A stretch of DNA of 64,000 nt from Octopus bimaculoides (lineage: Eukaryota): NCBI RefSeq assembly GCF_001194135.2, contig NC_069004.1:2018934-2082933 (forward strand), written 5' to 3'. A model generated the notes under the pieces. It ran no database searches. It worked only from the letters and a program-made list of their open reading frames with translations, and was not told where the DNA came from. Below are positions 1 to 13,500 of this stretch, piece after piece; position 1 is the stretch's first letter; every line of letters starts with the position of its first letter. The position numbers were made by a program, and so were the translations under genes.

Positions 1-324
1 TTTTGCTGAAATGTGCATCGTTCAGATTTCAAGTTTGAATTTCATACAAGAATTTAAGAAGAAAATCAAAGCTTTCTTTGAGACTGCCTTAAAAGCAGAG
101 CGGTGCTAGATATAGTATTTATCAATTGTAATCAAGGTCTCGAAATTGCTGTATTTGTTGCATGGGGTGAGGGTGCTAGCTTTCCCAAACTCAACTCTAG
201 TTTTTTTTTGGCTCAGCTAAGTACGAAAACTCGTTTTATTAACCTTCTCACTATTTCATTGTCTGAGATTAAGATTGGAAATTAAGTAAAACTTTAAAGA
301 TTTAAACTTAATACTCATGAGTGC

Positions 325-555
325 TTGGTGACCTCATTAATGCTGGTGCCCCTCCCCAACAAAGAAAGAGAGAAAGCACCCAGTCTGCTCTGTAAAGTGG
401 TTGGCATTAGGAAAGGCATTCTGCTGAAGAAATCATACCCAAGCAGACAGTGGAGCTGAGCACAGCTCCCTGGCTTGTCGGTTCCTGTCAAAATGTGAAA
501 CCCATGCCAGCATGAGGGGGGGGGGGGAAGGATGTTAAATGATGATGATGATGCA
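325..555 (+). repeat. Short element sharing the RTE 3' end with (GAT)n tail
   Basis: TGTAAAGTGGTTGGCATTAGGAA...CCCATGCCAGCATG...GTTAAAT(GAT)n. Related copies at about 47100-47295 (+), 18330-18465 (-), 50105-50290 (-) and 55075-55320 (-). Confidence 0.75.
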
Positions 556-3414
556 AAAGCAGTCAATATCTACACCAAGAGAAGTGTAGTGATAGTTAAA
601 GGTTAGATTTTAAATGTAAAGCAAATGTAAAATATGTCTAGATGAAAATACATGAAGACAACTGTTTTAAGTTGTAGAAAAGAAAAAGAAATGGCAGGAG
701 CCTTTGTCATGCATACTTAATATAGATTCAGAACGAACACTAAAATGCAGGAAGGTGAGCAATTGGTAACAAACAAGGCAAAAAAGCAATCTTACCGAAA
801 ATAAAGAAATGGAAAGTTACGGGTATATGCCAAAGGTCAACGATAAATGGAGAGAGTGACTTTTGGAGTACTTGTTTATCATTGCAGATGAATATAGAGA
901 GAACAATTTTAAATGATTAGAAACAAAAACACTTACACATGATGAAGAGGTTGTACATTGATATTGAAAAACATAACATTGCCACATGCATTCACCAGCA
1001 CATTTGTACATCAAAAGCACACTGACATGCATAAAGCAAAATATTCATTTTAAAAATAATTTTTTTGTGAAAGTTTTTATATTCCTTATCAATGTCGTGT
1101 ATTCGTTTTTTTTATTCAAATTTAAAATTATCGTGTCACAAATCCAAAGCTATTAGAGGCATTTTAGAACACTTTGCACTTACTGACTACAGTCAGATTA
1201 ACCTCAATGTGTTTTTTTTTTCCTTTTCTTCTTGAAACCAAATTGACAAGGCACAAAAGGCTCTGTATTTTGGGAGATGTAAGTAAAAATGCAATATTAA
1301 AGAATTTCTCAAAGATATTATCAATACAAAGAAATCAGGGATTGAAACTGTGTTACAGTTTCTGCTCACCCCACACTATACACCATAGAACTCAAACCCA
1401 ACTTATTAGCAGTGACTTACCAATAGCAGAGCTGGATACAACTGAAGAGAAAACAGTTGTATCAGGTGTAACTTGTTAGTCAAGAGGGAACTATACACAT
1501 TAGGGAAGAAATCGCTCCAAAAGATTACAATTAAGAAGTCTGAGAATGAACAACTAAATTCATTACAACAGAGCATATTAGTATATAAGCTACATCTTTG
1601 AAGCTAAAAACTTGTGTAGATTGTCATAGAAGAGGAACTAGACTCATGTTAAAAAACAATTTTTAAAAAGACATTAAAATCCATGGGGAAATAATGTTTG
1701 TATAAATCTGATACAAGTTTCAAATAAAGAATGAAAACAAAGAAATGAACAAATCAGAAATGTTGTCCTATCTGGATTGTAACCGGTAGAATGTGCTAGC
1801 TGAAAGCAGTGCAGGAGAAGCAGTTTGCACCTAAAAGAACGGTGCAGTCAGCGAAAGCTTTCAAAGAGGAAAACTCACTTAAAATTCTGATAAAGCTCTT
1901 CATCAGTTTCAAAATGTAACCTTTATTCAGAGGGAGAGAAAAAGAAAAGCTATCTTGACTCATTGCTGAGTGAAGGGAAAAAAAAAATTAAATGAAATGA
2001 AATACTGCAATCATGAGCAAAAGATTTCCTTAGACACAGAATGTTGGGGTTATGTTTGTAAGTAACTAATGAGGTGATTGTCATAATGATTTTGAAATAG
2101 GAAACCTCCAGATCCATCAATAGATTACAACAGAATGTTAATGAACGCCGCTAGCTTTTCATCAGTAAGTGATTACAGGGAGATTCTTTGCGCATAAATT
2201 ATGGTTTGACTTAAAGACAAACAGACACTTAGATAGAGTTACTCGATTAAGGAAAATAATGATAAAATGGAGAAGGAAAAGTGGCAAAAACACATATCTA
2301 TTTTTAAAAACATTTGAATTGTGTTGAGTGACTATGTTGGTCAGATGGATAGCCTTAGACGTCCAGGGGATAAGAGGAAGAATAATTAATGAAAGAAACA
2401 GAAAACTGAAGACTATTATCAAAAGTCTACGACAGGTTTGCAGGCGATCATCATCAAAGAGTTTTGGTGAAGAAGTGATGTTCACAAAGCGATTCTAAAG
2501 AAGAATATACCAAAGTGGGCTTGCATTGCTATCTCTAGATTTACCAGTTGAATTTGGCATTGTAAGCTAACAAAACATTTGTTAATTTTACAGTGCTGCC
2601 ACTGCTTGATGGAGCCAGTTGTTCCTGTATCTTGGCCACAGACCCAACATAGTGCTGATGTCAGAATAGAAGCTACTTCTCTGATAGCCTTTCTTTTCAT
2701 TTGGTCATTCAAGCTCTCTTTCAGGCAAAGCAAACTCCCAAGAATTACCTGCATTCACAATTGCTATGATCTGATGATCCAACAAGGAAACATTTACATG
2801 GTTGTGTAGCCTGGTAAAAAACAGCAATGAAATCTCAAATTATATCCTAAGACACATTGAATAATGTATGTCTGAAATGATAAAAAGCTGCAACTGGAAT
2901 GTCTCTATTATAGCCCTAGGCCAACCAAAGCCTTGTGAGTGAATGAAGTAGATGAAAGCTGAGAGAAACCTGTCGTGTATGTATGTGTGCACATATACAT
3001 GTGGGTGTATATGTTTGTGTGTACCTTTGTCTTGACATTGTGTAATGGTTGTAAACGAGCATCCTTGTCATACAAGCAGTGTAGTTTTAGTTTCCAATCT
3101 TCTGTGGAAAATATGTCTGGCCCTGGGGAAATATTATCTTGCTTGGAAAGCAGAATAGGGTTGGTGACAGGGAGGTATTCATTCAGTCATAGAAAATCTG
3201 CCTCAATAAATTCTGTTTGACCCTTGCAAGCAAGCAAAAGGGACGTTAATGATGATAAACGAGGATACCTATAATTATTGTGAGAAGACTTGTCACACAG
3301 AGGGCAGTATTTAGAGCAATTCGTTTTCTTTTTCTCAGAGTTTGATATGACTTGGTGTTGGGTACAGGGTCTCTTTGCTATTCCACCACCTCTAGTGTAC
3401 ATACATAGGTACAT

Positions 3415-3418
<4 letters not shown>

Positions 3419-3497
<79 letters not shown>

Positions 3498-3511
3498 CAG
3501 AGAGAGAGAGA
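3419..3511. repeat. (TG)n then (AG)n microsatellite
   Basis: Seen directly. Confidence 0.95.
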
Positions 3512-3607
3512 GGGGGACTGAGGTGGTTTAAAATTTGGATCTCAAGGTCGAATGTAAAACAACACCAGTCTAAATAGTGCAGGGAATGGTTCAGGTGCTA
3601 ATATACG

Positions 3608-3851
3608 TCACAGAACATGGGTGAGGGAAGTGAAGGGAGTCACAATTTGTACTTTCATAAGCTCATTACTCATTATTCCAACAAGATGGAGATGACTATA
3701 CCTTTCTTGTGAACAGTTTACTACTTTTTCTGCCTCAGAGTCGTCACTTGAAGCAATTGGGTCTGAGTTAGCTGACTGGTTGCTATCAGATTGACTGCTG
3801 TCATCTTTAGTAGACCATTCTTTATTGGTAACATTTTTTTTGGTATCACCA
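3608..3851 (-). CDS. PPP6R3: PPP6R3-like exon 23. Either read through to TGA at 3608 or spliced at 3702.
   Basis: TTTTTTAACAG acceptor in phase 2, then [50 protein letters not shown]. An internal donor AG|GTATAG lies at 3702/3701, after which the sequence stops resembling the acidic tail. Confidence 0.75.
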
Positions 3852-4303
3852 CTGTTAAAAAACAAACAAAATAAAACATTTTAAAATACAAATATGAAAT
3901 TACCAATGCTGGAACATTACAACCAACATCACCAGAAACTACACCTCCAGCTTGGCATCCAATTTTGGTTTGTTTACATCCATCTAAATTGGTGGTTTGT
4001 CAAAAAGGCCCAACAGTATAAGTACCAGACGTAAAACCTAAGTAAAGGGAGCGGGGTCCGTTTGATTAAATTCCTTCAAGGTGGTGCCCCAGCATGGCCA
4101 CACTCCAATAACTGTAAAAGTAAAAAAAAAAAAAAACTGCAAAGGATAAAAGTAAACACAAGAAATAGAAGGATGTGTACCTCCAAAGTGCATCTTCTTT
4201 AGAACTTTTTCCATTTTCATCTTTTGCAGCAGTTTCAACTGTTCTGGTTTGAGGACTTTTTGGAGAATCTGAAACACAGAGTTTTGGAACATCATGATAA
4301 TGG

Positions 4304-4336
<33 letters not shown>

Positions 4337-7300
4337 TACATCATGTAGAGTTTATACATATACAAGTAGGATGGCTACTGGAGTCACACATGACTGGAAG
4401 ACAACCAGCCAGGTTTACAGCATAACAAACGGTTACCAGAGTTATAAAACTATAAAACAGACAGACAAATATACAACAATGAAATAGAAGAACGATTAAA
4501 TAAATTCAAATCTAATTTTCTCAAGTAAATAATAATGGTAGCACATAAAAAACAAGCACTACTGAAAAGAATACGTCCACCTTTGCTAAGGTGGGGGTAA
4601 TAATTATTCCAATATATAAATAGATACGTACTCTTATCTTCACAGCCTGAACTAGACACAGTGTCACCAGTATCCATAGCTATAGGAGAGCTACTCCGAG
4701 GAATTCTGGAAAACAAAAGAATTACATTATTGGATGACAGGAATTAGTCAATATATCAGGTTTAAACATGGCTGTGTGGATTAAGAAGTTCATTTTGCAA
4801 CCACATCACTTTGGGTTCAATCCCACTACATGGCAGCTGAGTGGTGTATAGTACTGAAGGCGGTGGCTTTATGCTAGACGGACATAAACATGTGTCTTGC
4901 AATAGAGGTGAAATATGGCCACCCCAGTTGGATTTATGTCATTAATAAAGACATATATTTCTTGATGTTCATACATTTGGATTCTAAAGAGTAGCTTGAT
5001 AGAAAAAGTGATGAAGATTTTTAGAACACCCATTCAAAGTATTACAGCAACATGGTCAAAGAAGGCAACAAATTTGTCCGTACCGCTCCAAAGAGGAATT
5101 AAAACTAGAAAAGTCAGCCCAGTTATTTTCTGACATTTTCAGATCAAAGTTAGCCCACTTTTGATCAGGAGTCTCACTTCCTACAAGTGCTGTATCCCAA
5201 GGGGACGTTTCCATTGCTGTAAGAGAAGAAAGTAAAATTATAGCAATTTTACTCCAAAGACAGAAACCTTGTAAGTTGAATTTGTTAATATCAAATGCAA
5301 CAACAGAAAAATTGGTAGAGAAATTATTGATGTAAAATAGTCAGAAATACTTTGCAATTCAGTAACAGAGACCAACAGAACAGGTACCAGACTTAAGAAA
5401 TAAGCGCTGGGGTCAATTTATTCAACTTAAAGCCTTCGAAGTGGTTAGGGTTAGCACGGCTGCAGTCCAATGATGGAAACAAGTAAGAAATAGAAGATCA
5501 ACGTACAACCAAGCTGATCAAAACAATTTGAAATCTCATCAACCAGCATGCTGAACATATTTAAGTGAATTTGAACAGGGGCTTAGCAATAGCATCTTTC
5601 TCTGTTGATACATAGCCTAGAAGAATAAGGATCAAAGAAAACTGACCTTCTACATCGACATCCATCTTCTCTTGAGGCTGTTGTAGAATGCACTTTGGAG
5701 AGTCTAATTCTTCATCACTGTCGGTGTTGTCCTCTTCCTCTTCCTGATCATCAGAACCAAGACTGTCGGTTGACATACTACAACCATGGAGAGAAAAGAA
5801 ACAAATTGAGAACAGGGCTGGGCAGTGTTTCACAACTACAAGACATCTATTCCAATAAGGAAAAGTATAGATTATTAGAGAAGAGAGAGAGAGGCTCACA
5901 TGACTAGGAGATATTAAGTAACCTAGCTGCTTACCCAGTTGGCTGGACAGGTGAATTTTCAAAGAGAATAACTTCCTTTTTTTCCCAGATTTCTTCATCA
6001 CTATCATTGTCATCAAACTGCTGGATTCGTTCATTACAGGCTTGTTCAAACATGGTGGCATTAGGGGCCTACAAACAATAGAAAGTGCAGGTGCAGCTAT
6101 TAGCAAGATAATGCATGTGACTTTTTATCCTTCTTTGCTAATGATGATCACACAGTCACACAAAGATGGAGTAAAAGAACAACAAAAAAGTGTATTAAGC
6201 TGACACTCAGGAAAAATGGAAGACGTCTTTAGCATTTTAAGCCTATACTCTTCTGCAGAAAGGATGGATGAGGAGGGACAAAAGATGGCGAGGAAAAGAA
6301 AACAAAAGGTGTCTGAGTTAAACAGCCAAGGCATGCTGTATATCTGAATAGATTGAAAGTGTTGCGTGACAGACATGACTATGTCTGAGTTGGATTTTTT
6401 AAAGAACTTTTCATCTTTTCTTATTAGTCTTGTATGCTCATAGAAACCATTAGTCCAGTAACATTTCAGAACCACCTCAACTCTATTTATGGAATGAAAT
6501 GACGAGAGAATGTTGTGTCTGGATGTGCTTTGGATTGGATTGCAAAGAATCATGGGATAATTGGTGAGAGAGAGAGGGGGGGAGGTCTATACTTACACTA
6601 TCTTCATCAGCCCTTATATTGAAGTCAATGCTTGAGATCTTCTCATTAAATGTGGTGCTGCAGGAAACAAAGAAAGAAGCAAACACTGAATTGCTGCTAC
6701 AATTTATTCACAAGTAAAAGACGATTTCAGCTACGATTATATACTGCACATTGATGTAATAAAAGTTGTTATTTGACCATAACAATTTACACAAAATATT
6801 AAATGAGCCCAACTTTGCATATATAAACAGAAATTATTTTGGAGGAAAAAGTATCTTCCATGCCATCAAATAAAATAGAAAAAGAAATATCAAGAGAGAA
6901 GGCGGAGAATGACCACTCACTCAATTTTGCCATCTTGGTCAGCAAAATCATGTTCATTGAAGCCAAATGTATCAATGAAATTAGATGTCATCTGTAGTTG
7001 GTAATCAGAGAAGGCCTGTTGATAGCAAAAACAAATGTGAAAAAAAGGTGAATGAAATAGAAGAAACTAATCTAGAGAAGTAAAGCTCAATTTTAGCAAA
7101 ACTCATAGAAACCAGTGACAATGATTTTCAGTCAGTGATAATTAATTTCATCCAATTTAATGCTTTAAGCACTTCCTGTATAAGGCAAATTACAGAAGCA
7201 GTTTCTAAACTCTCAAAATTAAAATTACTGTAAGATATCCAAAGTTTTAAACAGAATACAGCAGATGTAACTGATGCAGCTTAAAGTATGACAAAAAAAA

Positions 7301-7395
7301 AATATTGTAATTGTGGATTAAGAGGAACATCAGAGAAATACAAAATAATACATCTTAAAATGTAAATGCATGCAGACAAAAGAAAATTACATGAC

Positions 7396-7426
<31 letters not shown>

Positions 7427-7476
7427 TATATATATATTTATATATATATATATATATACATATATATTTATATATA

Positions 7477-7513
<37 letters not shown>

Positions 7514-10500
7514 CACATGTATATATAAATATATATACACATATGAATGCATTTATATATGTATGTACGTACACACATATATATGTACACATGTAACGTT
7601 TTCAGAAGAACAAATTTATTTTCAAATATCTAGTTTATAGTGCATGTCAGACATTAAAAGAGACAAAATACATGCAGGTCAACTAGACATGGAAGAAAAA
7701 AAAAACAGTTCTTAAAAAATCTCGATACAATACCTCAAACATTTAAATAATTTATTAACAATAAGACCTGCTGTGGTAAAAAGATAACACTAAAAAAACT
7801 ATGTTATCACTAAGTTATACTGTTACTTGTGAGCACTAGATGCATTTAAGGTCAGACTAATTAAAATTACAAAACGTATATATAGTTGTATAACATTCTA
7901 TTAGTAACATGACACTGATAGTCTCAAGAGTACATCTTAATATTTGACTAGAGCAAAATTTTAAACTGTGGCCATGTCATTAGCTTAGCAATCTTCTATA
8001 TTTCTTCTTTATCTAACAATTTGTATTCCGATGGAACAAGGTCATGCAGTCTTGTTTTCGAAATAAACACCTGGCTACAATAAATGTTATGATACATCCA
8101 AAAGATCCAAATGATGCTCTGGTCTGATAACATTTTTATCTTATTTCCCCTTTCTCAATAAAACAAGCAATCTCTATTTCTCTCTCTCTCTCTCTCTCTT
8201 TTTTAAATAAAAAAAAAAAACAGCACAACCCATCTATGATTGCAAATCGGCTGAAAATGCCAGCAAATATAAAGACCTATACAAGACCTACATAAACTAT
8301 GAGCCGAATTGGTTTTATGGCAGTTTTTTTTTTCTTTTTTAATGCAAGCCCATGTCGCACAGATCTGAAATATATTCCAGTTTGTATATATACCATGTTG
8401 AAAGGCAATTTACTGCAGTATTCATCCAGAGATATGAAAATTGCTCCAATAGTGGCTAGCAAGAACGCAATACTAGTGAATGTTTATTCATTGTTTCCTA
8501 GATATTGGATGTGACAAATCTCCTCTAAGCATGTCATTGAATGTGAGTACATGCCATTGATAAGACCCAACAAGGCCAAAATGCACCTGGTGTTCCCATT
8601 CGCCACTGCTGGGGTGATTTATGTTCCCCTCCACTATAATGTTTTTAAACACAGCATGTCCATAAGAGATGTTATCTCTAGATAAATACCACAGTAAATT
8701 GCCTTTCGATGATGCAATGACATTAAGTTGGTTATTTAAAAAAATAAAAATGTATTTAGTCTCGTAAAATAACAGCATAAATCATAAAACCTCAAATACA
8801 ACTCTATACTACATTCCGCAGATGGTCACTATATTTCAAGCTGATGTTGAAGATATCACTAAAACTGATGGTTGAGCTGTTACATCCTGGCTTGCCAAAA
8901 TGATTTGGCATTATAAAGTATTTGACAGCAAAATCTAAACTATATTGTGAATATATTAATGTCATCAACATTGAACAAACTTTTACACAGATATACAGTT
9001 TAATAATTATACTGCAAGACATTCCATATCTCATTATTTTCAGAACTATATCAACAATACAATAAATTTTCATTACCAGTAACTTCCATGATACAATCAC
9101 CATATCAAACGAATCTGCTGGGAAGAAGCTATATAAACTCAAAACAGGTAGCACAGTTCTTGCCCCTTGGTTTGCCAAAATACTTGGCCTTATAACAATT
9201 CTTTCTAATTAGTACCTAAGACCAGTAATTTAAATGAAGGACTGATTACACTGACCCCAGTACTAGACTGGTATTTTTATTTTATCGACCCCGAAAGGGT
9301 GAAAGGCAAAGTCGGCCTTGGCAGTATTTGAACTTAGAACCTCAAGGAATACTGCTGAGCACTTCATCCAACACACGACTCCACCAGCTTGCTACCTTAT
9401 TCATTGTATAACTGACACTCCGTCGCTTACGACAACGAGGGGGGTTCCAGTTGATCCGATCAACGGAACAGCCTGCTCGTGAAATTAACATGCAAGTGGC
9501 TGAGCACTCCACAGACACATGTGCCCCTTGTATCTAGTATGTAGTATGTTGTATCAGAGAGAGATTCGGTGTGACAAGGCTGGCCCTTTGAAGTACAGGT
9601 ACAGCACTACTCATTTTCCCAGTTCAGTAGACTGGAGCAATGTGAAATAGAGTGCCTTGCTCAAGGACACAACACATTATTGGGTATTGAATTCACAGCC
9701 TTACCACCGTGAGCTGAATACTCTAACCACTAAGCTATGTGCCTTCATTATATTAAATATATATATATATATATATATATATTTTTAGAGGCTCTGCTGA
9801 AGCTATAAGGTGTTACTCAGGCACTAACCTGAGTCCACTGCATCTTATAGCAGAAACAGCTATAAGCTAATGAAGTTCATAATTGTTTATACCTTTGTCA
9901 TCTTGTTTTCTTTATATATGCATATATATGTGTGTGTGTGTGTATATATATATATATGCAATCATATATATAATTATCCTGGGGTCTGTCTAAATATGTC
10001 TCAATAAGAGTAATATGCTGCAAAGAACGAAATATATTTTCATATACAGACCTGTTTATAAACCTTCATGTGCACAGGACTGTGTGGACAACACAGATTT
10101 ACCCCATTTACTAAACACTAAAATCAGTCAAACGAAAACAGTAACTAGTGCAACAACTGAAGATGGAAAAAATGAGGGAGGGGGGAGGAGGTTTGGAAGT
10201 AAGTGAACACACAGTGACATGAGTGATGATGGTTGAGAATCATGTGGAAAGTACAAGCTATGAGACTAGGATAATTTATAATATAGCCTGCCCTCCACTT
10301 TACCAGCAATAATAACATGACATTAGACAGATCTGAGGGCAGCAAGACCATTAACGTGGTGAGACAAGTGTCCACTACTTACTTGAGAATAGTTGGGTTT
10401 CTGAAAAAAAAGCAATGTCGATGACAAGCATCAGAAGAAAGTCGTTAGAAGACAGGTGAGAAAACTAAGGTGAGAATAATTATAATAATTAGGATTTCTG

Positions 10501-13500
10501 TCTTAGGTAGAAAGGCAATGCTGACTCTGAGCAGAACTGAATTCTAGACATAAACACATAAATACAGCAAAGTATTAAAGCCTGACACTTAGCAGAGCCA
10601 ACCATCCATTCACTGCATGTAGTTCTTCAAAGCCTGTGAATTTCCTTCACAATTCCATAAACCTGAGTAACAGAATAAGCTAACTACAAAGCAGATTTTT
10701 TAAGACATTCACAACGAAACACCTCTAATGGATAAGATTTAAAGCAGTTGGAGAAGTTGATCAACATTTCTCTAAAAATTTTCTGTACAAAATATATGCA
10801 TTAAAACATTACTTACTTGAGAATATAATACATAACAGTTTTAATACAATATGAAATATTGAATAAACTGTAATACAAACAAGAAACAGTTAAATAAGGT
10901 AGAAAAAAAAAAAAGTAGTTGCTTGAGGCATGCCTGTGGGGTTAATTAGCTTGTTTCCCATCTAAGTGGTTTTAGGTTCAATCCCATTGCAGGGCACTTT
11001 GGGCAAAGAGTTTCCAGCTACAGCCTCAGGCTGACCAAAGCTTTGTGAGAAGATTTGGTAGGTAAAATTTAAAAGTCCATTACGTGTGTGTGAAAGTGCT
11101 CGTGTCTCGTTATCAAGGCTTCACATGAATTACAAAGGTGTACCCTCATACAGTAAAGTAGGGATTTTTACCTTAATAATTAAAAAAAAAAAAACCCCAG
11201 GAAATTTACTCCCCATAAATTAGCCATGAAGGTTTCAGTATCTGGACCCTGACCCTATTGAGATAAGGGCTTCAAGCGTTTTTAGTCGTTCATACCAACC
11301 CCAATACTTAATCCAGTACAGCACTTAGTTTACACAGAAGTTGAAAGCAAAGAGATGCAAAGCGTAACTACTTGGAATATTTGGGTCTAAAAGGAAACGG
11401 AAAAAAGCAGAAAGAGGTGACTTACTTGTTGCATTACAGCATCTTGGTTAAAAGGCAAATCTCTGAAGTCAGTGTCATCATCTTCACTACTTGAATGGAG
11501 AGGATGACCTTGAACCTACAAATCACACACACACACATACATAAGTACTTGAAAGTAACCAATTCTTTTACATATATGCACGCTTCTATAATATCATTTG
11601 TATGCAAATTACTAAATTACTCATTTCCTAACCTAAACGGCAAACATGTGTGGCCCAGTGGCTAATGTTTGGTACTCACAATCACAAGATTGTGGTTTCA
11701 ATCCCTTGTGCTCTTTAGTAAAACACTTCCTTTCATGTTGCCTCAGTCCACTCAGCTGTAAATGAGTAACCCTGCAGTGAACTGGCATCCCATTTGGAGG
11801 AAAATGTTGTGATTTCGGTCATCTATGTGCCATGGAAACCAGGTACCTGTGAATTCGAGGACTTAAGACAGTAAAGTCCAACAGACTTGGTTCTTGCTAA
11901 CCAGAACACTACCAACAACAAATCTGATGTACAGGGTGTCCATAAATAATCTTTACAACTTCTACAATTTTATTGTATCTATTGTAAAGGTAATTTATGG
12001 ACACCCTGTATATTGTTTCTTTGTTTTGTTTTTTAATCTTTATTTACACATACCTGGGTATGAGTGCATTCAAGTCTGAATGGTAATGAAGTTTGTCTCT
12101 TAGCAATGAAACTCAGGGTTCTTGGACAAGTGTCTTCTACATCATCCTCAAGTTGAGCCTAACACACACCTAAATACATTTAAACCATATACACAAGATT
12201 GAGTTACTAATACATACCAATTCAATTGTATTTTGTTTGTTGGTCTCAGCAAGTGTCGAAGAAACAAAAGTCGTCCATTTATTTCTATATTCTTCTGGAA
12301 TCTCTGAAATACAAATAGCATTCTTTACTATGTACATATAATTGTGGAAGTTTGTATTTGTTTGTGCAACCGTTTGCATAATTATACAAATATTCCATAT
12401 AATTGTACAAATGTGTGAACGAGAAAGAGAATTTCCAGACAGTTCAAAAAACACAACAGTAAAAAAAATTACACACACGATGATGGCAATTTCTGCCTGT
12501 CTGAAGATTATGGGGGAAAGCCACAAGTGGCTCTGCAATCCAGTCTTTGATGCTGCAGCACTTTTCTTCCTGCCTACATTTACCAATTTTAAAGTGAGAA
12601 GCAGCCCATACAATCTGATCTTGCTCTTTAGATTTGTAAGTCAGAACGCAGGGACTCAGTAGGCTCAGGCAGTAGAAAAGTCAATAAAAGCCCTTACCTT
12701 TTAAGTATTCTTTAATTAATTCGCTGTTTTCTCCTTTTTCTATACATTCAGTAATGTGATTTGCTATTTTAGTTAAATGTCCCATATATCCTCGACGTCT
12801 GCCTCCAATACGATGTCTGCAAAAAAAAAAATAAATAAATAAATAAAAATAACATTTATCATTTTGAGATTTCAACATTTTCATTTTTTATTTTTCTCTC
12901 ATTTCGTGTCATTTTCCATGCTGCTCTGATTTGGAAAGAGTCTATGACATAACACAGTTTCATGCACCTAAACTTAATGTATATCTTCTGTGAAGCCAAA
13001 TATTTGTATCACTTATTCCATATAATATTCAAAATCATCATCTAATGCCCACTTTTCCATGACTGCAGGAGTTGGATGGAGTTTATTTATTGGTTGGATT
13101 TGAACACAGAACATAAAGACCCAGAAGAAATGTCACCAAGCATTTTGTCCGATGCACTACCGATTCAACCAGCTTGCCATGTTTTATGCAAACATTATAA
13201 CAACAAAAAAGCAAAATGTAAAACAAGAAAACATTCGAAGGTCACTTACTCGTATTGGTCATTCTCTTCCCATGAATCTAGAATTCTCTGCATCAAATTA
13301 CATTTAATAAATATCTGAATATAAAACAAAAGAAGAGTAAATTATGATTTCATACAGAACTGGCAAGGTTTTTTATTATTTGATTAGCTTACTAATTAAT
13401 AGAACAGTGATTATAAATAATAAAATCCTTATGGAGTTGATGAAATAAAATACCAGCTGAACACCCTTCAAAATTGTTAGGCCTTGTGCCGAAATTCAGG

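Noticed and set aside
2030-2170. Plus-strand exons ending at the GTAAGT sites near 2058 and 2165
   Set aside because: Weak acceptors and an implied intron of about 42 nt. They show that chance donors occur here, which tempers the microexon finding.
4269-4365. Extension of exon 22 to the GAGAGAG acceptor at about 4304
   Set aside because: Purine microsatellite with no pyrimidine tract. The internal GTGTTTCAG site is much better and is phase compatible.
5561-6106. 181-aa ORF as a single CDS
   Set aside because: It is exon 19 plus intron, with exon 18 read in the wrong frame.
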